DNA of 63,116 nucleotides, filler included, from Choristocarpus tenellus KU-1152 (lineage: Eukaryota; Protista; Phaeophyceae), in the NCBI GenBank assembly GCA_964200185.2. It is 7 parts of 7 records of this genome, joined end to end, with 100 filler letters (N's around TTAATTAATTAA, not from the genome) between each part and the next. Parts side by side here need not be neighbours in the genome. Positions count along the whole stretch, not along the records: positions 51,865 to 55,532 come from CAXNAD020018613.1; positions 55,633 to 58,197 come from CAXNAD020026727.1; positions 58,298 to 63,116 come from CAXNAD020012944.1; 4 more parts are not named here. The stretch is one strand, 5' to 3'. The position numbers and the translations under genes were made by a program. Below, piece after piece: positions 52,382 through 63,116 of the stretch. Numbering within the stretch: position 1 is the stretch's first letter; each line of letters begins with the position of its first letter. The notes beneath the pieces are model-generated. The model saw nothing but the letters and a program-made list of their open reading frames with translations. It was not told the DNA's origin and made no database searches.

Positions 52382-53847
52382 CTACTTCTCTATGTACAAT
52401 TTGACAAAGTAGAACAAATTGTGGAATGAACTGTTCTTAATTGCTTACCACAAAATGAGTAAGATCCGGTTGTAAAGCAAATTCCTCTGGTACAACTGCA
52501 AGCACCAGAAGTAGCTCCACAATCGCCACCCTGTAAACAAATACAAATACAAAAGAGAACGCAGTGGTCAGAGTCTTGCAGATATCAACATAATTTCCAC
52601 AACACACACAAATACAGACAGACTTCACACCTCATCCAACATTTACAAAGATTAACAAGGAAACACAAACCTTGCTTTATCAATACCCACACTGCAGTCT
52701 GAGAAAGAGTACAAAGAGAGAAAAATGAGGACCATAATTGGAAACTCTATCTTGCTTGAACAATATGATATTGTATGCTGGTTTAGCATAATGATGCATC
52801 AATAGCAAATATAAGTTGACACTGAATCTCACTATTACAGACACCATACTGCAAGGCCCCGTGTTCGCAACGAAATACGCAGTTGGTATAAACTGGAACG
52901 TGTAGTTGGATTTTACAGTGCCTTAGCACACACATCATCCTTCAGTGAACTACTTTGTTTCATCGTGCGCAATAGGATGATAACCAACACAAGCGGTTTT
53001 CCTCTCTTACATCCATTTTAGTAGAAACGGTGCAGAAGAGTGGTCCCCCCTTATAAAGATAGTCGCAGGTGCCAGAGAGTGATGGGGAGCAGCCGCTATC
53101 AATATCCTCTTGCGCCATGGTGCACTTTCGTCACATGGAATAGTAATTCGTGAGCATAGGGAACAAAGTAGTATACACAGGTTAAACAGCATATATTACA
53201 TGTATCTGACCATCTACACTGCAGAAATTGATTATAGTTGGCACTTAAATATGTAAATTAAGGGTCAAAGTATCTGGGTGGGCGGGGGGCGGTTTGTGAG
53301 GGGGCGTCCGTTTCGGTCAAACAACCCTTTTTCTTGCTGACATTTCAAATCTGACACATGCGACCAAATCCCACCAAAAGGGTGAAAAACGGACGCCGAC
53401 ACCCCCCCCAGATACTTTGCTCTTTAACGAAGACATATATAAATTCAAACCCTGTTCATGACCAACTATACAACAGTTATGTTCAAATGTGACAGAGATG
53501 ATGACAACTACGTACATAGTTTCCAGATCGACTTTGAGCTTACACTTTACACAGATCCTTCACGTTTCAGGCATATTCATTGCGATGTAGCAACCACGAC
53601 TCTACACAAGAAGCAAGTTTCCTGGACGTATAACACGACATTGAGAACTCGATAAGTTCGATCACCTAGTTATGTGCAACTGCTAAGAACACATAACAGA
53701 GTTTTACAAGGACATATCTCCATTTCTGGCACTTACACTGTCACCGAAGGCTTTTCCATCACATGCTGTTAATGATGATGAGTGGGCGAACGAAAGCAGC
53801 AACTGAAACCACAACACCAGAAAAGTGGCGCCTAGAAGTGCAGTCAT
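52382..53847 (-). CDS. Small secreted cysteine-rich protein (~104 aa, 10 Cys), 4 exons
   Basis: Exons 53847-53737, 53124-53011, 52530-52449, 52389-52382 with GTAAG donors give MTALLGATFLVLWFQLLLSFAHSSSLTACDGKAFGDS/CTMAQEDIDSGCSPSLSGTCDYLYKGGPLFCTVSTKMD/GGDCGATSGACSCTRGICFTTGSYSFC/EK*. Extra micro-exons are possible. Confidence 0.7.
53262..53423. mobile_element. 162-bp TIR element of the CAAAGTATCT family (intronic)
   Basis: gggtcaaagtatctggg / cccagatactttgctct with TTAA on both flanks; related half-copies at ~40-78, ~4030-4085, 28125-28145, 40792-40840 and 58298-58365. Confidence 0.8.
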
Positions 53848-54584
53848 ATCTCCTTCGGCACGTCACTTCGCACTCCACACAATCAATTGGGCAGCACAAG
53901 CAGAAGGTATGTGATTAAAAATAATGAGGATTGCAGTAAGTCGTGTAGTTTAAGGATAGAGCAAAACAACTTTAAAGTTGGTGGATAAAAAGTAGCTAGC
54001 TTTGATTTATTGTAGGCTCATAGTGCGTACATCAGGGTTCTAGAAAAGCGGCATAACGGAGAGGTCATTCCTACAAAGGGCCTGGTCGTTACACAAGGTC
54101 TATCTTCTCATATAAGCAAAGAGGTTGCACAGTGATGGCGTGGGTAGGGCAGTTCAATATTGTATTGTTCCATGTAATGGAGATGTCCGACAGTGGTTGG
54201 ATCCTTCCACAGGTCCTAATCGTCTAGACCAAACCCAAGATATCGGTAACTACCTACGACCTACTGGTTGATAGATAGTGTGAAGTGGTGGACATTTTTA
54301 CCTGTAGTTATGAAATAGCCTCATCTTTCCATCTACCTTAATGTTCAAAGAGCTCTTTTTCGAAGATTCTATAAATCCTGACTCCTGCTTCTACTACGCT
54401 TTAATGAGACAGGGCATTGCATTCCAAGACAAGAATATATGGTCAATCTACACACTGTGTAGATTGATTCTACCCATGATGTGCACAACATGACATATGC
54501 AACACGTCGGGCAAACTGTACCTGTGTATCCCATACAATTTACAACAATAAAATAGAGGTGAGTGTGTTGTGGTGTTATCTAGA

Positions 54585-55355
54585 ATGATATACGCTCATT
54601 ATTTTATTTCTTTAGGGCTAACAGCGACATTTATATAGTTTGTATATATATAGTTTTGATTGGTTTCCCCCCTGACACATCTGCAAGATGCAGAGGGCAT
54701 AATAATAATATATACGCTCACCTGTACACCATACTATTATATTTTATTCTATTATTATGTTCTCTGACATTTTGCAGATGTGTCAGGGGGAAACCAATCA
54801 AAACTATATACATATGTGTATACAAAACGTCCTAAATGTAAGAATACTATAAGACATCGCTTGGAAAATATCATATGAAATGGAATATTCGTTTTTTTAA
54901 TTATTATGTTCTCTTAACTTTTTGCAGATGTGTCAGCGATTTTTTTGACATACGAGTAAGAAGTAACAGCTGTGACGAATGTGAACAACATGAATCCATT
55001 TCTTATTTTACTACCATCTATAATTTTATTATTATGCCCTCTGACATTTTGCAGATGTGTCAGGGGGAAACCAATGAAAACTATATACATATGTGCATAT
55101 AAAATGTCCTAAATATAAGAATACTATAAGAGACTACCATCTATAATCCTTTTCATTGGTTTTTCCCCTTGACACTACACGAAATGTCACAAAACATAGC
55201 AATACAATATAATAGTGTGGTTTCCACACAATGTCTTACAGTATTCTTATATTTAGGACATTTTATATGCACATATGTATATAGTTTTCATTGGTTTCCC
55301 CCTGACACATCTGCAAAATGTCAGAGGGCATAATAATAAAATATAATAGTGTGTA
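54585..55355. repeat. Fold-back cluster of nested direct and inverted copies of a ~60-110 bp unit
   Basis: The unit attattatgccctctgacattttgcagatgtgtcagggggaaaccaat..aaactatata occurs in both orientations; ~55025-55135 and ~55230-55345 are near-perfect inverted arms; a related copy lies at ~38230-38290. Confidence 0.85.
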
Positions 55356-56441
55356 TGTAAGTGGTAAACGGAAATACAAAAGAGTAAAATGAAGGACGAC
55401 AGACTGTTGAAGTTCTAAATCGTTATATTTTGTAGGGTAGTTATTAGACTGGGAAGTGATAGTTTATGAAGTAAACTGAGTTTTGTGGACGGGAGAATTC
55501 TGGTTGGCTGGGGGCACAGGACAAGAAGGTGGNNNNNNNNNNNNNNNNNNNNNNNNNNNNNNNNNNNNNNNNNNNNTTAATTAATTAANNNNNNNNNNNN
55601 NNNNNNNNNNNNNNNNNNNNNNNNNNNNNNNNCCCCCCCATCCCCTTCAGCTACATCCCCCTCGCCCCAGGGTTCTAGCTTGTACGCAATGTTCAGCTTC
55701 TCCACCAGAACACACCTGATACATAAAGTCCGGCTGCCTCGTGGCCAACATGCCGTACGCACAAGAAAACCACAAAGCAATCAAGGTCACATGTGCAGGG
55801 CAGGGGGGGGAGGGAAGGCGGCGTGGCGTGTGTCGCCGAAGCCAAAAGTTTGAGAATCTTTGTAATTAAAAATAAAATAAAATAATAATAATAATAAAGA
55901 AAAAGGAAAAGAAAATTTTATATTGCAACAACAACAAAAAATAAAGAAAAAGCAGAATAGAATTAGAAGGCTCAAAGGGTTTGCTCCCTAAAGAGGCGTA
56001 TCGTGCACAAAGTGCCAGTCGGCATTAACACATAACAGACAAAATGTGCAACCGTATCCCCGGCTCGTTTTTTCCTTTTCGTGGGCCGTTAGACTTAGAC
56101 TTAGACTTGGACTTGAAACATTTGCCAATATCACACATAGACGTAGACTTTACTTTAAACCTTGGCCGGTATCATGCGTTGAACTTTAACACTGAGAAAC
56201 CCCCACGGCACCTATTGGTTGGATACAGAAAGGGTAGGATGTTCTACATACGATGGTGTAGTTCAAAACACGGGGAACTTTTAAAACTATCCAAGGTAAA
56301 CTCTTGGGTTTCATCTCTCCCTCGTGTCGTCTCCCCTTCCCCTCCCCCCCCCCCTCCCCCTACAACCCTGCTGCTAAGGGCCAGTTGCATACCATAGAGT
56401 ACAGGCAAGCATCTCTTAGACCCAGTACATCCCAGTGTAAG

Positions 56442-56443
<2 letters not shown>

Positions 56444-56476
<33 letters not shown>
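56444..56476. repeat. (AG)n microsatellite
   Basis: Direct reading. Confidence 0.9.
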
Positions 56477-56479
<3 letters not shown>

Positions 56480-56657
56480 GCAATAAAAATAAAAATATAA
56501 AAAATCTCTCGCAGATGCCTCAAACCATCCGTGCTTCACTTGCCCAGCACCACTCTTGCCATAGCCCAAACCCCAACCTTCCGAAGACAAACAGGGTAGC
56601 TACTGCTAGACAGGTATGAAGTAGGAAGGTCCAACAACAGTGCATCTGTGCATTCAC

Positions 56658-56963
56658 CTTGTTCTCGTCAAGATTTTGGGAGGTGCACGGGACGGGCTTG
56701 ATGTCCTTGGCACCCTCCCCCCAGGGGTCCTCCCCCATCCACACAAAGACAACGCCTTCCCGAATCTCTACAGGATACACACGGAGACATGCAGCCTTGG
56801 GGGGGCTGACCTCGTCTGGGAGCTTCTCACACGGTGGTTGGGTAACAGTTGGGCCAGGCGGCGGCGGCGGCGGCGGGGCGGGGGGGGGGGGGGGGACTCC
56901 CCAACAGGGGGGGGGGGGGTTGCGACAGGGGTTTCCGGGTGGGGCAAAGGGGGNNNNNNNNNN

Positions 56964-57022
<59 letters not shown>

Positions 57023-57709
57023 ACTACCCATCAGAGTGGTGGGCTGTTGCTACAAGTGTATCCTGGTTGGGCAAAGTTGGATGTGCAGTGTGTATGGAAG
57101 GCGAGTTGTGAGGGGGAAGAGATAGGTACTATGTAATCAGCAAGGGGAAGACTACTACTGTGTGGTGTTGGAACTGCAATAGCACATCATGTATGGGTTG
57201 GGGTTAGGGATACTGGGGGTACAGGTAAAGGAATAGGTGGAGTGAGTAGAGATGCATTCAGTCATAGTTGAAGTTTTACCCCAGAAAAGGTTGGAAGCAA
57301 TGAATGGGTCCATGGAAATTGTACCTTCCATTAAAATTATCTTGTTGTCAAGTCCCATAACCCCTTTTCCCACTGCCTCCTGACCCACTAGTAGCTCTCA
57401 AAGGAGGGCTGTTCACCCTAAGGATTTGAAGGTGAGGTTGGTGAGGTGCTTTCAAATTCAGGTTCACATAAAATAAAAAGACCTGTAGATATAAGCATAT
57501 CACAACATGAAATTCATACTAGCTTTTCACTTAATCAACAGTGCTTTTTTATGCATGACTGTAGAGTCAAGTCCTTGGGAATGGGACAAGGGGTGTTCTA
57601 AACACGCGGCGTTATTCTGTTATCACACCTGGGGTACGTGGACACAAGTGCCATCCTTCCCACTAAACTGCCAACCATGGTAAAGGCATTCGATATTACC
57701 ATTGGTCAC
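56658..57709 (-). CDS. Rieske [2Fe-2S] non-heme oxygenase (PAO/TIC55/PTC52-like), internal exons only
   Basis: Exon 57709-57629 VTNGNIECLYHGWQFSGKDGTCVHVPQ joins in frame to exon 56822-56658 LPDEVSPPKAACLRVYPVEIREGVVFVWMG..; remaining exons are lost in the flanking gaps or unresolved. Confidence 0.85.
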
Positions 57710-59545
57710 CTGGGGGGGGAGGGGGGGGGATTGCATGCCAGGGAGGGAGGTAAGGGTAGGCAATACGGACTGCTTCAATGCCGTTTATCAGGATGGCACT
57801 ATTATCAGGGGTATGGACCACAACACTATGGTCAAAAACATTTGTCAGCAGCGTTTCGTCTGTGATATCATAGAGACTGGGACTTCACAATAGAAACAGG
57901 ATTAGTCCTTGAGTTGCCGGGGTTAGGTTTAGAGTTAGGATCTTGTCTTAGTTGTAGGGCAAGGGGTCAATCCTCTTCCCCTTGCAGCTGTAGCCTGTTG
58001 GTGCTTCTGATCTTGCTTCAAAAGGGGCCTAGGCCAATTAATCCCTCGTCTATTTGCCCCTTTAACTTCCTTATCAAAGCAGATGTCACCCCCGCTAGAG
58101 CACCCTACCTTTAGTCACAAAGGGCAAAACAGGGGGGGTGGGGGTGCTGACAGTAAAACAGTGTGCATATGAATAGAGGGCGGAGGGGAAGGAACAGNNN
58201 NNNNNNNNNNNNNNNNNNNNNNNNNNNNNNNNNNNNNNNNNTTAATTAATTAANNNNNNNNNNNNNNNNNNNNNNNNNNNNNNNNNNNNNNNNNNNNAAA
58301 AAAGTGAAAATTGAAAAAAGGGTGAAAAACGGACGCTGACACCCCCCCCCCAGATACTTTGACCCAAAATCACACAATATCATATTCCATAATACATGAG
58401 AATTTCTAGATATGGGAACACACGCATACAATCTTAAGGGCACAACAGTAGGAAATTTATCAATAGTTTCCAACTACATTTTTTTTCCAGTACTTGGAAA
58501 TTTGGGGGAAATCTCTTACCTTGCTCTCTATTTGAACTACTACTACTATACATATATATATAGAGAGAGAGTATTATAATACTGCTGTTGTGAACCACAA
58601 CCACATTCCACATCACACTTTACACCCCTTCTCAAGAGCATGTATATCATCAGACAGTCCGCAGTGTCCCTACTGTTGGTCATTTGTAGTGAATGCAGAT
58701 TGAAGTTGTGTGCAGTGGTACAGCTTGGTCCTAATGCGCTGGGCGCTGGCGATAAGGTGGGTCTCTAGGCGAAGAGACCCATTGTTACACCCTCCCTCAT
58801 CTATATATTACTATGCCATCTGACATTTTATACATAGGTAAAAGTAACAGGAGTCGTAACAATCTATCCGATATATTTTCGTTTATTCATGAGGTGTCCG
58901 GGTTCGCTGGGTCTTCGTCGAGCCTATAGGGAACGAGAAAGCGAGCGAACAGCAAGTTGCACAACACATGTTCGTTTGTTGGAGGTTGGTTTCGGTTCAA
59001 TGGACAACACCGTATGACCCAACAACATAGAAGAAATTGTTTGAGATACATACAAGGAGATAAAAGTTAGGAACACAAGATGATACCATAAGAATGAGTT
59101 TTGATCAGTTTCTGTCCTGGCACATCTGAAAAATGTCAGATCGCACAATAGTAAGAAGAGTAAGAATGAGTTTTAGACGACACATCTCCGAAGTGTTAGC
59201 GGGATCATAGTATATTATTTGAAATAATAATATATGGGTTGATACCTGCCTCGACTCAAAACTCAACTCTCTCATGTAATAATCGCTACATACATACTGT
59301 CATCTGTGTTGGCATCAGTACTGATAAAATTAATAATTAAGTATTGCTGATGACCATGAAAGAAGTTCAAATTGTTACATGTCGGCAAAACGTGTTCTAC
59401 AACGGAGGATTGGACAAAAAACAAACCGAGCCAACATTTCGTGAAAACGAAGGACAACAGTCACCTCCTCACTTCTCACTTCTCACTTCTCCTTGTTCTC
59501 GACAAACTCAGTCAAAACCCGGTACAAAGTATTTTCACAAGCAAC

Positions 59546-61853
59546 ATGCGCTGCCTCTCCATCATCGTTGGCCTCACAGCCTCGGCTTGCGTATCAGCCT
59601 CATACAACCAAGTTATGTACGATGTCGAAGTCATCAACCTCACCTACCTCCAGCCGCTCTCACCGGTGGTTGTAGTTGTGCACAGTAAGGTGAGAGCGGA
59701 TTACCTGATCTGATCGAAGGATTCTTGCCGTCATCTCTCTTGTTCCACTTCAGACCCGTCCGTTGTATGTCGAAAGAGTGTCGACGATATGCATCTATTG
59801 ATCGCCCTCCAATCACGTTTCACCATGCACACAGGAAATCAGTATATTCGAGGAAGGAGGCGTGGCTTCATCTCAGTTGAAGATCCTAGCTGAGGATGGT
59901 GACGCCGCGCCCCTTCTGGTGAGGACATGCGGTCTGCATTCAACCTTTTGTACCCACTAGACTCGATAATCAGATGGCAAGAGTTATCATTACGTTTTGA
60001 TGTCCTTACCGAGTTTCGGTCGGGTCCTGAGGACGTGGATTCGTTATTTCAGCGTGTCTAGCGTGCATGAGTTCACACACACAGTGGTCGACCACAAATA
60101 TCCATGATAATTCTCGAAGTATTTGTAAAAGAAGGCTTCCGCCATCATCCCTGTACATCTCTTCTATACCCTGATGGATTACACGACGCATCTTGCACAA
60201 ACAGTCTGCCTTACAACCTTGTTCAACAACCTGAGAAGTTGTCTTCATCCTGCAAGCTACCGGCTAATAGCGCAGTTTTCGGCAACTAACCGCAAACACA
60301 TTTGTTGGGCTCGCCCTGTGACAGGATCTGCTGGAAATGGAGGAAGTTCAAGAGTATGTCTGCGGTGTATCCTTCAGTGCTGCCCCTATCTTCCCCGGCG
60401 AGTCGTTCAATGAAACGATCTACATCGAGACGAGCGGAGAGTGCGAGATGCCCTACGTCTCGTCCGCGTCTATGCTGAGTGAGTCTTGGTCATTTCGATT
60501 TCCTATTGTCCCACAAATTTATTCGAAGGAAAATATTCCTTCGATCATTTGGGAGAGGCTAAACTGAAAACCACATCACAACGGCACAGCCATCTAGGCC
60601 GAGCTGTTTCATGATACTAAGACATATACAGCTATACCCGCATGCTACCACCCGCTATGGATAATGCGCAGTACTCAGTAGAGTGGTGTATGATACTGGC
60701 TCTTCGTGGGGATTGACAGGGCTTGTCTCCGAGTTCATTGCGTACAATCAACCCCTACATGTACTTTACGAAGGACCTCTTTCTCCCATGTCTCACACTC
60801 CTTGTTTGGCAGTCAACACCAATGATGCATTCATGGGGATCGAGAGTCAACCACTTCCTCCCAAATACGGTGTCTGGTATCCCCCTGCCTATGATGCTGG
60901 TGAGTATAGCTACGATCACGACATCACAACCATACCTTGTGTGTGTATATGTGTCAATGGGTTTACATGTTATCCTTACAAGATGGAGATAATGTTTGTC
61001 GCAGAATCACAGTCACAAATCAAGGACAGCATATCATTACTGATAGTAGTCGTTCCTCATAGAACCGGATCAACAGCTTAACTATCCCAGCATTATTCAC
61101 TCCCCAAAGTGTACAATGAATCGCGTAATGAATACCGTTTCATTGCAACAGTGAGCTAGCTACCTCGCTGCATCGTGCAGTGGCGTCACCTGACTCAAAC
61201 CAATGATCAGCGTCGGCAGTGAGTGCTTGTAGCTAATCCACTAGATGATAGTTGGGTGTAAGATCGAAATTATGGAAGGATACGGTGACCAAATCTGGTA
61301 CATATGTCAGACAAAATCACCACCGTGCTGCGCACCCTTAATCAAATAGATCAAGGACGTCCATTCAACTTTTGATAGGTGATGTGGTGATGTGTTCTCC
61401 CCTTGAGTGTTGCTTCAGCATTGTGTGCAGTGGCACGCCTCGATGTAAATTCATGACGGTGAACTATTGTCCGGTCTTCTTCAAGCATTTGACTTTAGTT
61501 CTGCGTTGTATTGATTCATCATTGTTCCATGGTAGCTAGAGAGCTCTACAGTCTACACCAAGACCGTGTGGGTTCCTAACACGTTGCTTGCTACCGTTGC
61601 AATCTTTGTTCTTGCTTGTCTGGGGCTCTCTTCGCCTTCCCTTTCTACAGGAACTGAGCTCAACAATGAAGACTGCTCCTTCATCCCAGGCCCAGGTTGT
61701 GCAGACATCAGCTCGGAAAACATGAGGACGGATGAGGGCGAGGGGTTCATTCACATTCATCGCGGCATGCAGGATGTCACAACGGACCTTCCCGCTGCAA
61801 GCTATGACTGGAGGAACGGCGTGGCCAAGGTGTCCTTGACGGCCATGTACTAA
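59546..61853 (+). CDS. Secreted single-domain Spondin_N protein, ~223 aa, 5 exons
   Basis: Exons 59546-59689, 59835-59918, 60325-60478, 60813-60899, 61651-61853 are in frame. Signal peptide; motifs NLTYLQPLSP, LAEDG, SMLINTNDAF, YDAGTELNNE, IPGP, GEGFIHIHRG, YDWRN. Confidence 0.9.
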
Positions 61854-63116
61854 ATACAGTGCCAATGTTGGGGCTATAGAAGATGTACGAGTGGGGCAAA
61901 ATACCTAGGAGTCCCATAGAAAGCTTTCTGCGCTGTTTTACGGTCAAGGAACATGCTATCGAGAGGAATTTGGACAGACTCTTTCGCATACCCTAAAAAA
62001 CATCTGGTTGGGGTTGGTATTATGCAGGTAGCGATATTGGACTTGCGTTTTAATGCCTTGGTCCCTCCTGTTTTTGTTGTGTGATGTTCTTTTCTTTCCG
62101 AGGTAGCGATATTGGACCTGCATTGATTGCTTCGTCCCTCGTAATTTGGTTGTTTGTTGTCTTTGCATGTAACAGTTTCAGTGTTATCTATTAAGTGAAA
62201 AAACTCTTTAGATGAGTTAACTCGAATTATATCAACGGATATACACAACTTTCTTTTCGCTTGCACTACGCAATCGCCTTGCAACTTATGAGCTGCATGT
62301 GTTCGTACGTCCACAGCCTTTCCTTTGTACTAACATGTGCATAAATAGCTTCTTGAAGAACTCTACCACTTCAAACTACAATGTAAATGGCGAGATGCCA
62401 AGTGCAAATATCATAGCGAACGGGGGGTATGGGCGGTGTAGTTAAGTTTGTTAGATAGAGACAGTCACATAAGTTTGATCAGGAACGGCATGCCTTCTTG
62501 CTCGATGCGTGCATGGCTTCGTCCTCCATTATGGGGCAACCTGACTAGGAGTACCCGGTCGATTTATTGCTTTCCCTCCAAAATGGGAGATCGTTTTGCA
62601 TTTTGAAAGAGTTGTGATAGCTGGGAACAAGCAATGGCAAAAGAACATCGATTAGGCTTCGAACACACAAGAACACAAGAAAGTATGAGATCTGATGACC
62701 CAAACTTCTGTTGAAGCAACTTGGCTCGGTGATCTTGCCATTCTAATGCCCGACCGAACGCGTTACGACACAAACTCTCCTCTCTTGAGCAGTACGGCAA
62801 GTGGCGTAAGGAGATTGTTCAGACCACGAGGGATTGACTGTTAAAACATAGGCTACTCATTTGTTTCTTGTTGATATGATACACATACTACCAGCTTGTA
62901 CTGACTGTTGATTGATGCACTGCACTGGTTGTTAGTGTTCATTTATTTATTGCGCATTCCAACTCATCGTCACATCGATGACAGTAGATAGAAGCATAGC
63001 ATCAGTTGATATTCAGTTGATCCACATCATCGCACACAGGAACACCATAGCACACGTCATCCAAGTTACTTCGGAACTTGCATCAAGTGCGTTCCACTGT
63101 TACCTTGTGTTCCTCT

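Noticed and set aside
56768-57136. Poly-Pro/poly-Gly ORFs resembling extensin or formin
   Set aside because: Derived from an intronic poly-G run containing Ns, likely a low-quality homopolymer.
52382-61853. Functional cluster of secreted-protein genes
   Set aside because: The genes lie on different contigs separated by artificial gaps, with no evidence of linkage or co-regulation.

Overview
Eukaryotic, intron-rich nuclear DNA, most likely from a photosynthetic stramenopile such as a brown alga or relative. This is inferred from a ClpP with a bipartite plastid-targeting signal, the intron density and the repeat types. The window is a chain of contigs joined by N-runs carrying an artificial TTAATTAATTAA linker. 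Genes reconstructed by hand with phase-consistent splice sites: (1) the 3' ~1490 codons of a very large extracellular protein with at least 6 copies of an unrecognised Cys-paired ~110-aa module, followed by SEA-like, Calx-beta, LamG/pentraxin and laminin-IV domains; (2) MYG1; (3) plastid-targeted ClpP; (4) a disordered-protein gene fragment; (5) a 104-aa, 10-Cys secreted peptide gene invisible in the ORF track; (6) a Rieske oxygenase fragment; (7) a bacterial-type single-domain spondin. Intergenic DNA holds decayed Copia, RLE-type LINE and piggyBac-like remnants, a family of short TIR elements with 4-bp TSDs, a fold-back cluster, a 43-bp minisatellite and a hairpin. No prokaryotic-type system such as CRISPR or an operon is present. 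The best novelty candidates are the modular extracellular protein and the cryptic Cys-rich peptide.
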